DNA of 64,000 bases, taken from Macrostomum hystrix (Eukaryota; Animalia; Platyhelminthes). The notes under the pieces were generated by a model. It had not been told where the DNA came from. It worked only from the letters and a program-made list of their open reading frames with translations, and searched no databases. Below are positions 24,601-39,600 of the stretch, piece by piece (positions within the stretch are counted from its first letter, which is position 1; the number at the start of each line of letters is the position of its first letter). Made by a program: the position numbers and the translations under genes. The DNA is taken from contig CATNEN010000039.1 in NCBI GenBank assembly GCA_950097015.1, forward strand, positions 8,308,001 to 8,372,000, given 5' to 3'.

Positions 24601-27600
24601 CGAAGTTGATGAATTCAGCAGTGTGTCTGTTACGCTGTCGATCGACCGAACCGTAGTTTCCACAACGTGCTCCAGTCTGTCACTTGTCTGCGGATCAACT
24701 TGACACGATGCGTTTGAGCAGGCGGTTTTTAAAGCTGCAGAATTTGCCGTGGCTTCTGACGCAACCCAGATGTTCGATCCGGTTAGCACTATGTCTGCAG
24801 TAATTTAGCATTGAGAGCATGCAGGGTAAAGTTCGGCTCACTCATTGCAAAATTAGAACTTTTAATGCGTTATACGTAAATAAGTATTTACCTGGTCCCA
24901 TGAAGGGCTTCGAGTCAGCTGGGAGTTTGTCGCCCAAGCGATTGAAGCTTTGGGCAATTTCCCAAAGTTTTTGTGAGCCTCGCTCCTGCAATCGATTAAG
25001 GTATATTATGGTAATCTTCAATTTCATGAAAGCAAATGTGGGTTGGACTCACTTGTGATTCAAGTGTCACTTGATTGACTCTTTCTACAGGTATTGCGGT
25101 TCTCAAGGCGTAATTCACTTGCTCAAGATCTGCAGGCGTGTCCACCGAGAAATTCGCAATGATAGCAATGAGCTTTGTCCGGAGCTACAGGATAATGTGT
25201 TAGATGGAAATTATTCTCTATTCTTCTTTACTTATTTTATGAGCTAGATTTAATGCGATTTTTATCTCGAAGCTAAAAAATACCTCCATCATTCTGATCT
25301 CATAGGCGGCTGTCTGCTCTGCAGTGGCATTGGAGCCCTCAGCGTCTTCGTTCTTGGCGTTCATCACTGAAGCCAGGCACACCACCGTGGTGACAGCTGC
25401 CTGCTGGTTTCCACTTCGCAGGTGCCGCTGCAAATCATCGTTAGATCCATCGAATATGGCGGAAAGATTAGCCAGCAAAACAGTCGCAGGCACAGGAGGC
25501 GGATACACCTGAGGGAAATCCCAAAATAGGAACTAGGCCTATTTGTGCAGCCCTAAACGTGACAATATTTGCATAAAGTTGCCACTTACAACAACATCGA
25601 ATATGAATGCGACCTTATCGCCGATGCTGTCAATGACATAGATATATGCGTCAGAGCTAAATCCTTGGGAGCTGGAGCCGACGGGGAGCAGCACCGGTGG
25701 GGAAGCTGCAGCTGGTCCATAGAACAGCAGAATGGTTCGCCGAGTTCCTTTTGGTCGAATGCGATACTCGTACGTGAGCCTGCTTGCAGTGACGTTGAAC
25801 TCCTGCCAGGCCCAGCACGAAATGCGGTAGTTGGTGATCATGGCGTAGCCGGATGTCGGCTGAACGGTGCAGTTGCCTCCGCTGGCGGGCTTGTTCACAA
25901 CGAACGTTTTGCTCACTGTCACAGGCCCCTCCTGACCGTAGCTGGACGCTGTTGTCTGCACCAGATATACAACACCGAGTTTCAAGGTATTGGCCTTGCG
26001 TATCACTAAATTTTTTGTAAAGCCTGAGAATGGTTTTCAGGTAGCAGTCAATTTCAAGCTGCACGAACACATTAGCTGTTACTTTGATTTGGTTAAATGT
26101 ACGTAACTCACCAGCGTCAGTGACTACTGCCATGTTATCAAAAGTGTTGTCAGAGAGTTCCCGCATTGCCCAGATGTACGAGAGATGAGCAAACTTTGTA
26201 CCGCAATTCGCAGTGCACTCAGCCTGGTAGATCAACGGCTTCGAACCTCCGACTTTAGTTTCACAGTTGCTCACGCATCTGGAAAAGTGAGCTCAAAAGA
26301 TTCGATAGACAGAAAAATTCTCGGTTTGTTCTTGATATTAAAGTCCTAAAAATGATAAAAACTTGCGAATTGAGATTCTTGAAATATCTTCTAAATGTTG
26401 GCTTACCGTTAAAAATAGTACAAGGCTTTTAACTATGTCGGTGTAAAAAAATGCGAATATAGAACATTTAACAGTAGAGAGACCACGGGGTATTTTAAAT
26501 ACCTACATTTCTCTTTGGTTCTGTGTCTCGCAAAATATTCAACCAATCCTCATGAAAACATGGGCTACAATTTTCCGCTCTATACGAAAAAACAACTTTC
26601 AGAGTCACAAAACACCGACATCGTCGAGATATTCAACGATTCTCGTCGGGCAGTCTGATGGCAAAACACTCACATGAAACATGCAGGTATCTCATTACGT
26701 GTTAGAGAAAAGCTTACACAATCAACACTGATGGCGCTTTCTGAGGTGCAATGTGAATCGACCAATCGGCTCTAGCGCTGCGGGAATCCTTGCTCAGAAA
26801 CACACGAATAACATAGGTGTGGTTGGGCAGCATGTGCCAGGTGTTTAGAGTGACCGCCGCCGATTCGTTTTGCTCCATGAATATCCCGATGCCGTTTCCA
26901 AAGCAGCCCGAAAAGTTGGTCATGCCCTGACTGTCTGGAAGGCTGATTCGCTTTGTCGTATCGCCAGGAAATGCCACTACCTCCGTCTCCTGCATGCAAA
27001 TCCAGCGGAATGCCATGCCAGTCAGGTTTGCTGAATCAACGTCCCAGTCCCGTGGGTTCAAATTAAAATGGACGGTGGCGTTATACATAGCGTAGCTTGG
27101 GGACGTAGTGCCGTTGAAGTCAATTGTTAGCGGCGTTTTAGTGACGTTGAGGTAGAAGGCGAACTCCGCAGACACTGGGGGTGTGACTGCGTTCATTGAG
27201 ACGTTCAGCAAAATCTTGTACAGACCGTACCAAAGAGTTCGGTTCGGCAGTCGAATTAGAAACGAGTCTGGCAGGCTGAGGTTGACTTGACCACCCAGCG
27301 AATCCTCCACGCGCCACCGGCGCACAGTGTCGCTGGTCTTTGTGCAGTTCAACTCTGGGTGGGCCTCCACAACCAGCTCCCGAGACCGTATAAGCTGCAC
27401 AGGACGTTCCAGATCCCACTGGGTCAGCTGATGGCCTTCATGCGTAAAGTTGAGTTTTGGTGCATCACACATCCAGTCAAGTACTAGAACTAGAGCCTCA
27501 GCCGTGTCGTTGCTGACGTGGTTAAAAGCTAACAGGTGGGCAGAGTAACTGCCAATGCTGGGATACACGTGGAAGAAGGCAAGGGACAAATTGCCGTATG

Positions 27601-30600
27601 AGATTTCTGTGAAGTTAATGCCCCGAGCGGCTGAGTAAGGCTGGCACAGCCATGGAACTCCAAAGCTGATGGAAGTCCCGTCGCCAAGGCTTATGACGAA
27701 ACAGCCATAGGTGCCGAATCTTGTTATGTTGAGCAAAAAGTGTGTTGCATTCGTATAAAGTGTGGATCCATTGGTACTGAATTTTCCAATAATGACAGCA
27801 TCGAGCACGATATCCACAGTGATAGGTAACGTCTGGAACGACACGAGATTGGAGCAGTTCACGCTGAAGTTACGGAGTCCAATTGCCGCTCTGGGAAAGG
27901 ACTGCATCAGAGCTACATCCGAGGTCAATCCAATTGAGTCGACGTAGACGTAGCGCGAGCCAAAACTATCCCAATGAAATACGCAGTGCACATTAGTTAG
28001 TGCGACAAGAGGACTTGAAAGTCTAAAGTACACTTCAGCAGGCGTATACAGCACAGAAATGTTGTACTCTATTGTCAGACCGCGTACTGCATCCTGCACG
28101 ACAATTGGGCCGAAAGGTACTGATACGTTGCTGACGTCGTTCCAAACCGCCGCTCGCAAAGTGAAGTTGCCCACGTTAGGAAAATACAAGGCAGCCGGGC
28201 CCACACTGGCCAGTTCAAGAACGCGACCATCGCCACAGTCGATGCCAGCCCGGATTGATGACCCAGTGACGACGGTGACAATAAAGTTGGCCATTTGAGT
28301 TGTGAGCTGAGCGGTGGGACCTGAGACGAACAGTCCGGTAACTGCCTCCTGGCACTGTACACTAACGTTTGGGGCGTGCATCATGGATACCAAATTCCAG
28401 CACGAAATACGCACTGGCTCAGGTGCTTGAAGAAGATTTCTGGAACACAATAGCGGAAGACGTGTGGTAGCTTGAGAAATTTCGAAATTTGTCCAGATAT
28501 TTCCGAATTCGAATCTGCAAGATGCATTTGTGGGAAGGGGCTCCGGGTGACTCAGCGTGGCACTCGAATTGACAACTGACAGCTCCAAGAACTGAGGGGC
28601 TTGAGTAGACAGTTGGCGGACAGGATTCTGAACAAGGATTATCAGTGACAGAGCAGCCGATCGCGTGTGATAGTTGGTGGCAAATACAGTTAGTTGATAG
28701 CTGCCAGGTCTGTCCAAGCTCGTATTAAAAAAGTCCACTGCTTGCCATGCTAGAAGCTGCTTGTCAGAAATGGAGACCAAACTTCCGTTCCCAAAGTCTA
28801 GCTGATAAGTCACGTGACTACCACTCTTCAGCGCAAACGAGAGCGTGAATGTCTGGTTTGTCTGGACCAGATCCTGACTAGCTTTGAATGAGAGGCCTGT
28901 GATGTTCTCCTGCAGAATAACATAGAAAGATGTCGTGTGACTCGATAAGCGATTGAAACAGGTCACGTTTGCCACGGCAAATGGAGAATCCAATGGAAAG
29001 ATGATAAACTCGTCATGAGTCACCCCGGGTCTCAGCGTTTTTGTAAGATTCAGCGGCTCGACACTTGTCTGCAGCAGTGCTCGACAGGAGACTGGTAGAT
29101 TTGACACTGGGCTGCCGCGGAACATTTCGAAGCGAAGCGTCGCATTCAGCGGCGGAGGTTGCGGTACGTAAATCAGCGATAGTCTCAGGTATTCAGACAA
29201 AGGGGGTGCCACTTCCACCTCCCCTGCCGTTTTCCAGTCACCTGTATCGTTTCCGATGGCGCATTCAAAACTAAACAGTCCAACGTCTTCCCCAAACGAG
29301 AATGAAAGTTGAGTTGAATGAGCGAAGAAGTGATCTGTGTGCCCAGCAGTTATCCAGTCCCACATTTTCTTTTGTCCATTGCTAAAGTTCGCAGTCAAGT
29401 GAAGACCCGAGCCTTGTTGCCAGGAGGCAATCACTGTCAGTGAGTCATTCAGTGCCAGAAGAGTTTTTGAGAGGCTGCACGAGGCGTTCACGAGCGGCAC
29501 CTCTGAGCAGGAAAGATTTCCAAGTACCGAAGCACATCCGATGTTGTTTGATGTATCGCTCTCTGTGTAAGACGGCCCTGTGCTACCATTGAATACGACA
29601 CAAAGGCGATTCAGGCTAGGGCATGCTGCGGCGGTGACATTGAAAATGTAGCCGCACTGCACAACACTCACGTTTGTGAGTCCCTGACGAAGCGAATTCA
29701 GCTGACAGACGGCAGATTTCGGAGCCTCCAGACTGTTCAGTGAAGACCCGGACGCTAGGAACGCTGTTGGTTGAAAATTCATTCTCGGTGATGGAACCTC
29801 AGCAACTGGTACTCCAGAGCTCAAGCGCAAGACGTATGTGACAGCTAGCTGCACAGGGTATCGCCGTATCCACGTGCCATTATTGACTTTAAATATCACA
29901 AGCGAAACTTCAGTGTCCGCCTTTGGACTGCAGTTTCGAGGCAGCTCTGTACAAGCAACCCCACTTTCTGGAGCAGCAATTGTGAGGCTGCTGTTATGCC
30001 CCACGACTGTCCGAGTGCAGACAAAGTGAAAAATTTCGCATGCCGAAAGGTCCAGATTTGCTTCTGCAATTAGGCTGAGTTGGGTCGCTCCACCAGGCTG
30101 CACCGGGACACTAGATGTCAAATTGGTAGGTGCAGTTGCATTGAGTATTAGGCATGCGTTATCGAGGCAGCTGAGGTTCGCGCTGCAGTTGCTTGGACAC
30201 AGGAACATAATTGACTCCATCTGCAGAAAATTATCGAAAGAATGAAATTTTTTGTACTCTTGCTCTATAAATTTTGTTTGAGATGAAAACAAATCGTTAC
30301 CTTAAAATTATAATCTGGTTGAGACACTGCAGCTATATGAGTAGGACTCATAGGGTCGAGCATTAAAGAGCCTTCAACGCTTAAAGTCCCTAGAAGTGAT
30401 CTTGTCAAAACTGCAGTACTGGTCAGCTGGAGCGATGAGGACAAGTTTAAAACCGGCTGGCACAGCTTGTCGATGGAGACACAAAATTCATTGTTGGCCA
30501 GTTGGTAGTCAACAAACTCGGACGAATCGCCCGGTGCAGCAGATACACAGAGTGCAGATATCGAAAGACAAGTGCTTCCGGCTGGTATTTTAAGCGTGGC

Positions 30601-33600
30601 TCGAATGCTAATGTCAAATAGCTCGCCAATGAAGCGGCCAGCGCTGATGTCTCCGTTGATCACAAAGACTGAGCTTGCGGAGACGTTTAAGCCATTGGTC
30701 CAAGAGACAAGGCGAGCTGTCAGATCGAAATTCTTGCTTGGATACGGAGCGTACGTGAGATTTTCCGTGCCATTGACTAGTCGAATACGGATATTTAGTG
30801 ACAGATTCGTCTGAACGTCCCGTATGACAGGTCGGTTCGTGAGAATAGTCAATGAGCTGACTTCAGAGTCGATCACTAGAATATTGAGATAAATAGGCCG
30901 AAAAAAATAATCAGTAAGACATTTTTACTCTTTATATAATGTCATCAGGCAAGCAGCTAAAAATTTCTAATTAAGTCAACACAAAATAAGTTTTAAATCC
31001 CAAACTGAGGATGTTACATTCATAGATACTTGAGGGTGGCTTCCAAAACACTGTACCAGCAGAACAAATTATAGACTCACATAACTTGCACACAGTTCCT
31101 CGCAACACGAAGCCGGATTTGCACAGACACCTGGTATCCAGCGGAGGTCCATTAGAGAGACAAGCCGAGTTCTTGGTCAGAGTACAGCTGGCATCAGCAT
31201 AACATGCCTCAGTGATTGATCTCGCTGCAAAGGAGATACCAAGAACTGTAAAAGTGCTGTCGCTAATTTTCAATATGTAGCACTGAGTCCTACTCACGCA
31301 AATGAAAGTAGGACTGTTGAATGATCCGCATTTGCACTTGAGCTCCCAGAGCTGTGCTTGAGGACCACCTGATGGCGTCGCTTCTGTTTGAGCCTGCGCT
31401 ACCAGTCAGCTTTGAGGAGATCACTGAGCAGTCGCTCTTGTACCACCAGCCGCTGCCGCCAGCAGCCGCGCACATCGAGGCTGTACCGAAGTCAGGTGTG
31501 GAAAAGGTCGTCATGTTGAGCGTCTCAAACACGTGCTGATCTCTGAGATCGGAGCTGCAACTTTCCAAAACTAACTGAAATCCTTGGAATGACGGCGAGA
31601 CTTTAACCTTTCTGCACTCAACGTAATGAAAGCTTCCATCTGAGATCCACGCTTCGACCCTGAGCGAAAAGTCTGCCATTATCGTCAGTTCGCTAAATGA
31701 CTGTAGCCCCAGCCAGGTGAGGTTGCTCATATCCAAGCCAGCCTGATAGAGCGGTATAGAAAAGTTCATTGAGCTGTTCATGTTCAGGTTCTGATATACA
31801 ATCATCCAGTCGTGGTAGCAGTGCACTTTTCTGCTGCCGACAGCAGTTTCGCTTCTGCCCACACAAGTTGGCACTGAAATACGGAGTAACGAGTACTATT
31901 AAGCATACGAGACTATAAGTAATAGTAATAGTAATAGTAATAGTACTTAATAGTAATCGTATATTATAAGAGAATGAAATGAAGGAGTCACTAACTACAA
32001 AAATAAAACTTGCCTTGCAAAACACAGCCGAAGAAATCAAATTTGAAAGCGGCAAAGCTTTTGAATGTGGCGGGTGAAAACTGAATCTGTTGAGTAAGTA
32101 TTATCGTTCGAGATTGGAATATGAGCACTTGATTCAACATGTCCCTGCTGCTCACTGCCAGTCCATTTGTCTGCAAAAAATGTCTGGTGTTTTTCACTTG
32201 ACAATGACATTGTGGAAATAATGCCTTTAACCAACCTGGTTTTCGCTGAGCACAAAGGTGGTGGGTGCCCAGCCCGCGACTTTCAAATCGAAATACAACA
32301 ACAAAATTGAGTCGTACGCAACGGGTTCTCCGCTCGCACTTTTTAGGTTGTTGCCTGCTCCCGAGAAACCGAATCCAATGACCCTGACCTGCATCGGCAT
32401 CGTTACCTGAAGGATGTTGCGGAGCGTTTGACTTGTAGTAGTCGCATTTCAATACTCATTGAGCAGCCAAGCAAGACTAACATACCAGAATGAAGTGGCC
32501 GTTGAAAAAGCCTTCTGAACTGCTCAAAGTCGGGACAGATAGAAGCGAACTGGCTGCTGCTCCCACAGTCGCATTGACCGAGAATAGGAAGCTAATGTTC
32601 GCCTGTGCTGATGTCAGGCTCTGCCAGCAGTCAGCTAAAGCGAATTTTTACAAACTTGATATGTTAGTCATTCGATAGACGAACGGTAAATTGAATAAGG
32701 CATCGAATTCGCGACTTACATCGACAGACTTGCTCAACGAAGAATGAGTTCTTTCGCCACAATGGCTGGAATATCACTGACAGAGTATCGACACTCATTC
32801 CGATAAATGCCTTGTCAGACATTTCCAGGCTCCTACAGCCACCTGCTTGGCATTTCACCAGCGCACTAATAACATTGTCCGCCAGCACTGACTGTCGAGT
32901 GTCGGAGACAATAGAGTAATTATAGTACACATTGTAGTACGGATTCTTGCAGCTCAGGTGCTGCCGATCCTCTGAAGGGAATGCGGATAGGATTTCAGAT
33001 TTGGTTTGTCTCGCTAGTTTTATTCGCCATTACTCACCAGCTTCTGTCTGGCACAGAATGTGGCCGTTAAAGGAGCCGCAGTCCACGGCTGTCCACGCCT
33101 CCTCGGTGAGCCTCGTCGCAGCGCAGCCGCCCGCAGCCGAGGGCTCTCCGATACTCCAGTGCGCCCAGGCGGCCAGGCTGCTGTTTGTCGCCTCCGACAG
33201 CCACTGGCCGCTGGGCGAGCGAAGGACGGCGCCCACATGAAAACTCACGTCACCGGGTGTTGATGCGTCCGAGATGAAGCCACTGTGGGTGCAATCGAAT
33301 TCGTCTATGCACGAAACTGAGGAGAAGGCATTCTGACAGTTTCAAGGCATTAAAATTTAACACAGAAGAGACTGCCTACAGTGCATGGTCGATGTAAGCC
33401 AGCTTCAGTACAGTGTAGTCTGCGTATGAAGTTGGCAGAAAGATACTGCCCGGCCTGTCCCAGTTGAGGCTGCTGCAGTGGGACTGAGCGACTGTGCGTG
33501 AAACACCTGAGATTCCATCAGCAAAGTGGTGTCGACAGCGGCCTTCGAAGAAGTAGAAATTCACAGGACAGTCTGCAGTGAGGCATTCAAAGCTACCTAA

Positions 33601-36600
33601 GTTGCACCCTTACAGGATGAATGAATGAGAATGAATGAGAATGACCGTGTGAGTAATCATACCCCCAGTAAGGCAGCCATAAACGGACACTAGTTTGATA
33701 ATGACTATTTCGGAGGCATTTCCCACAAAATATGCACTTCTGGCTGCAAAGGTCCGATTAAGCCACACATTGTTTGTGCCGTTTGTCAACGTGAAAAGCT
33801 GAAATTCAGCAGTTATTTTGCTATCTCACAAAGTGCCAAATTTTTTTTTCGAAATTCCAGGCTGCTATAAAGTTATAAACTGCATACGAACCAGATCGCT
33901 GTCACTTCCATTGACAGTCAGCCGGAGAGTTGATTGCAAAACCGTGAGATGTGCGCTCACAGTCAGGTTGGTGATGTAATGCGACTTTTCCAAGGCGAAG
34001 TCCACCTTCAGCATCCCCAGCTGGGAAGTGACGCTGGTGTTGATGGAGCTCTGGGGCACCGATGGACATTCTGTGAGCGGCAAAAATTGCAATGTGATTA
34101 CACTAAAAATACTTTCACATCTCAATAAATTCCTCAATGGAATTAGACAACGATCTAGTTCAGAAGTGGAAACTCACCCACTGGATACCCGAGCACTCCG
34201 ATCCGCAGACGAGCGTCTCCAAAGTAACGCTGCGGAATCACAGTCAGAAACTTGGCCACGATAGGATTCGGCAAATCCTCGATGAAACTGAGGTCGGATA
34301 TCACTGGGCCAAGCAGCGTGGAATCCGGAACAGAAGCCCTGAACACCTCTGCAGGCTGTGAGTAGTCTTCAGTTCCAGAATAAAGGCGATAGCTGCCCAT
34401 GTATGAGCCGTTAGATCCAGCCAAAATGATGCCAAGCACTCGATGAGGAACCGGGAACAAAATTCTAACAGACGCATTCGCGGGCAGCTCATAGGCGGAC
34501 GCGCTGCTCAGCATCAGAGAGGCTGGCCCGGCTTCCCAGCTGGCACTGGCGGGCCGGCGCACTGTGAACTGATGAGGCCACAATGGAACCAGAGGCGCCT
34601 CTGTCAGCGGCTCGCGGGCACAGCCGAACATCTCGAATTTACCGGCAAACCTGCCGATCACTCGCAGTGGATAGAGGCGGAACAGGCGCCCAATCACTGG
34701 ACTCGACAGTCGCTCAACAGAGGTCGCGCAGTTGTTTGGGTAGTCGGCGGGGCCATGCAGCACCTGAGATGAGTGGTTGAACAGAAGTGAAATGCGCTCG
34801 TATTTTAGCTTGAGAAAGCTTTAATCGATTTTAAATTGAGAAAGGCGGCTCACAGACGGCGTCAAACCCCAGTAGAGCCCACTCCTGGAGTAGAGCATCA
34901 TGTATGTAACTGCGGACTCTCGCATGAGGCCAGGCAGGCAGTAAATTCCCGACATTGCCACGGCGCGCACTGTGGCCAGCGCCTGAAGAGACACCTGAAG
35001 CCACTCGTCCAGACTGCCGCTCGCGGCCCTGAAAAATCCGTACGTGCCAACCGGAGCAGCTGAAAGGATGTTTTGTGAGTTCGCTGGTTTCGAAACTGTC
35101 AAGTCGGAACATTTTAGAAGTAAAAAAGATATTATTGCACCTGAAGAGTAAAATCCAAAGGCTGCACTCTCTGGTGGGTAACCAGGCAAACTTGACTTGG
35201 CAGTAACGCTGGCCACCGACACAGTTGCGTTGTCGGCTGGGTCTTGGCTCAGCAACGGACTGTCGCAATTCGCGGCTGGAATGAGAGAGAATTCGAGACC
35301 ATCAGAGAAAAGATTGAAGCTAGTTCACAACAGTAGTATAGACAAAAATTATTCCAAACATCACATCTACAAAAATCTCTCACTGTAGCACAGCCAATGG
35401 AGCGAGTTGATCAGAGCAGCTGTGGGACTTTGAGCAGCAGCCTCAGCTGCCACCGTGGCAGCGTCGCTGAATGTTGCAGGCGGAGCTGTAAGCCGCACGG
35501 CAGAGCAGTTCAGACTTTCGTTCCTTTGACAATCATTTAGGGCCATCAACGTGGGCTCTGTGGAGGCATAAGCCTTGATCGGGGTGGCGGCAGTTTGGGC
35601 GAGAGCACTCACGAAGAGTTTTGTGTCGCAGGAGTTTCCTGTAGAACAGTGGGAAAGCTTTGCATGAAAACTAACTCTTAGGAAAATGCAGGAAAATGCG
35701 TGTAGAGAGCAGAAACACAACTCACCAGGTGCAGCGTTGACCTCACAGATGAATGGGTAAGAGGCAACTTCGCTGTCGCAAGGCACAGCGGACCACTGCA
35801 TTCGCTCGTCAACCTCCGACACCACACAGCCGCGAGTGCCGTTGACCGGCGCCTTCCAGTTGTTCAGACTCGGAGCCAACGGCCTACCGTCAGAAAACTC
35901 GAACCTTCCGTTGACTTTACTGAATTCTCCATCGATGTGGACAAATTTGTAGCCCGCGACAGACCTTAAATAGTTTTTCTTCTGAATTTGAAGCATTGTT
36001 ATGTGATTTTTTGTTTTGTGCTAGTCTCTGCCAACGTACGTGTTAATGCCGCTAAACAGGGCTCTGAAAATCTGCAGCTCGGCCTCGGTTGTCATCCGGG
36101 CAAGCCGCCCCACTCCATTCCAGGTGAGCGACTTGCAGATTTGCTCAGCAATCCGCCTAATGGCGATCGTGTGAGGCTGGGTGACATCTGAGAATGGTGC
36201 CCAGTAGCACAGCTGGCCATGACGGAATGTATTGATGGGACAGACTGTTTGGGTTCAAGAGTTCAAGATATCTGGACGTGAGTTACACAAAGGTATTTTA
36301 TACGGAAACATCTGAGAGCCTTACCAGGCATGCGGCAACCTTTAAGTTCAATCCCTGTAGTGACCTGAGCCGAGTCAGAAAAGTTGATTAGCAGCTTGTT
36401 TGTTCGCACTACCGCCGGCATGGCCTGCTCCAGGCCGAAGCTGCAGTTGAAAGTCTGAAAAAAGGCACCCGCACTCGTGCGACAGCTAAGGTAACAATGT
36501 GATTTCAGTTTTATCAATCACTTTCTTACTAGCGCGGAGCCGTGAAGAGTGACTGGGGCGACACTTCCATTGGCCAGGTCGGCATAGGAAATGCGGAAAG

Positions 36601-39600
36601 TTGCGTTGGCCGAGGTGCCGGTCAGTCTCCAGCCGGTGATCAGGTAGGGGCTGCTGAGCAGCACCTGCACGGATACTGGCGACGTCCGGGTCACCGAGGA
36701 CATACTGGGGCTGATCCAGTCACAGTCTGAAAAATTGTTTTATAAAAGATTTCGCTTATGTTTACGTTGGTGCTAACAGTCCTAATTGGTGTAGGTGCCT
36801 ACCATCTGGGTAGCCCAGAAGCTCCACCCTAAGCAGTTTTTTGTTGACATATTCGATAGGCAGTATTCTAACCAATCTGGCGCGGAAAGGTTGCGGGAAT
36901 GAAATTCGCATCGCCGCTTCGCTTCCGATGAGTGTCGTACTGAAAGTCTAGAAATTAAGATTATCGATTTTCGATTGCTTTCATGCAACACAGGCACTCC
37001 AGACGCGAAAGTAAATTCGATAACTTACAGAGTTGAGTCCCTTTGAAGTATACAAGGAAAGCTGCAGCAGTGATCCTGAGCTATTTCCGTAGAAAAGTTT
37101 GGCAAATGATACGTAACCGTCAAAGCTGCCTGAGGCCGAGTCGCTTAGTCGGCTTCCCTGCCAGACAATGCCCGTGATCACGTGGCTCACATCCAACTGG
37201 ATGTCCAGGTGGCTGCTGATCGAAGCTAAAATGTTTAACAGTAGAAAGACCACGCTATTTCCCCCCTCTAGAAAGATCACGGTGTATTTCAAATACCCAC
37301 TGCCTAATTCAGGATAGCTCCCAAAGTGAATTTTATGAAAGTCCACCATATGGATCCAAATTTTCAGCCCTACATGAGGGGCAAATTTTCAAAGCTGTCC
37401 TAGTCAGCATCGTCGCGATATTCAACGAATCTATATTTGGTTCAAAAAATATGTATAATCTATCCAAAATAGTTAAAAATGATAGCCGACATGGTTACAA
37501 GAATCATTGAATGTCTCGAAGATGCGGATGCTTTGTGATCCTGGAAGTTGTTGATTCGGATAAAGCGGAACATTTTTGGCCTTGTTCTGGATTTTCATAG
37601 CGGTTTGTTAAATATTTTGGGAGATACAGAAAAAAATGTGGGTATTTAAAATACCACAGACCCTGTGGTCTTTTCTACTGCTAATTCTTTAGTAACGACA
37701 AACGCACCGTCGTATAGGACGGCAGCAGGGGGCAGTCCGACCATTTGTTCACGATTTACCGCCGCCATGAAGGGTGTCGGGTGACGGAAAGCGTCGTACG
37801 GGCTGAGAGCAGCTGTCTGACCAACAGACAGCTGCGTGATCAAAATGTGGTCATCCGCCATGCCAAGGTTGGAGTTGATATAGTAGTAGGCATCTGTGAG
37901 AAGGTAGAATTGGGCATAATTGCTCATATTTTGCATCAGTTTTAAGGTAGACTTCACTCAACGCCTCTAAATGAATTTCGCATGAGCAGCTCACCGACGT
38001 TCGGATAGCCATAGACTTCGAACTCGCAGAAGGACAGAGTACCGTGTGAGGCCGGCTTTCTGAGGCCCGCAACAGAGGCTATCTGTACGAATAATATCGG
38101 TAGTATCGACCATGATTTGTTAGATGAAGCCGAAATGATTTCACTGCTAACTCACTTGATTAACTTCAACTTTCCAGAGGTGAGATTTCATGAAGCCGCC
38201 AGTCCAAGTTTCCACGACTTTCAGCACAGTCGGGCCCCAAGGAGTGCCAGTGCTGTTGCTAATGTAGACACTCGCTGATTGCATGTCTTCCGAAAACGCC
38301 CGGACTTTGGCTTTGAAGGCATATGTTACGAAACAATTTTAAAATTAAGTTTTGTATCAATTTTTATAAGCATTGAGGCAGAGAATTAGTTAGCACGATA
38401 AGATTACATTTTTGAGCAGTTTACTCACATAGGACCTCCACCATGTCGACAATGAAGATAAAGACAATTCTCTGCACAGAGCCCAAATCCACTAGCCAGT
38501 AGAGGTACGGGTCCGCCGAGCTGGAGTACTGAAAGCAGAGCCCGGAGGCGGTGTGGCTCACGAAGTTTCCATCGACTCCCACGCTTGTTGACGAGCTGGA
38601 GCTCGAGTTTGACGCGGTGGGGCGGTAGCGGGACAACAGGATCGGGTTGGGCATGGCATCTGTGGGTAGTGGCGGTGGCGGAAGCCAAAGTCGTTTCTCT
38701 TAGCTTTTTGATAGATTTCCATAGCGAGTGTCATTCAAGATGTTCGCTCACAGCTGGTTTCACTGCAGCCCAGCAGCTGCCACTTGAATTCGAGTTTTCG
38801 AGTCCAGCTCAACGGATACAGACGGAAAGCCAGGGCAACTGGCGAGGGCAGCAGGCGATGCCGAGTTTCGTGCTGGGCCACGAACACCCCAGTGAATATC
38901 TACATTTGTTGAGATACATATGGAATTATTGTTTGAACGAACAAACATTCAACATTCATTCAAACAAACATTCAACATTCAGATTGTAGCGACTCACCCA
39001 GCCGTCTCGATGCAGGCTCCAATATTTTCCCTCTTCACTGACCGCAGCCCTAAACGAGGTCACATAGTTACTCTTGTCAGCTGCCTGGTTCACGATCGCA
39101 CCGCCACCGATGGCCACGGCGAAAAGACGGCAGCGACGAGGTAAGAAGGCCTGAATGTCAATGATTTCGATTCGGGAGCGCTGTGAACTGCGGAAAAATA
39201 CCCTGGAGCCCCATCCCCGCATCTTTGTTTCACACAGACGCCAAGTGTCCCTGAATACGAGCTACTTTGCTAAGCAGCTATAAATAATGCATCAACGAGA
39301 GTAGCGATTAAGCTTCACCTGAACAAATACAGCAGAAGTAACAGGATTGTTGTAAAGGTAGGCGAACAAGCTGGGAGAGAAAGCTGCCATACTGCTGTTG
39401 TCCAGCTCGTCAAAAACCAAATGCGGCGACATCTGAGCAGCGGCGTACGGGTCGGACTGGATCACGAACCGTCGCTTGCGTTTCCTGAAGGGCTGCACGA
39501 GTCCGGAGTAGCCGATCTTGTTCACCTTGACGCCGTAGGTAGTGTCCCAACAGCTACCCAGTGCCTGACCCTCAGAAGACACGCTGATGACAGTCAGGTT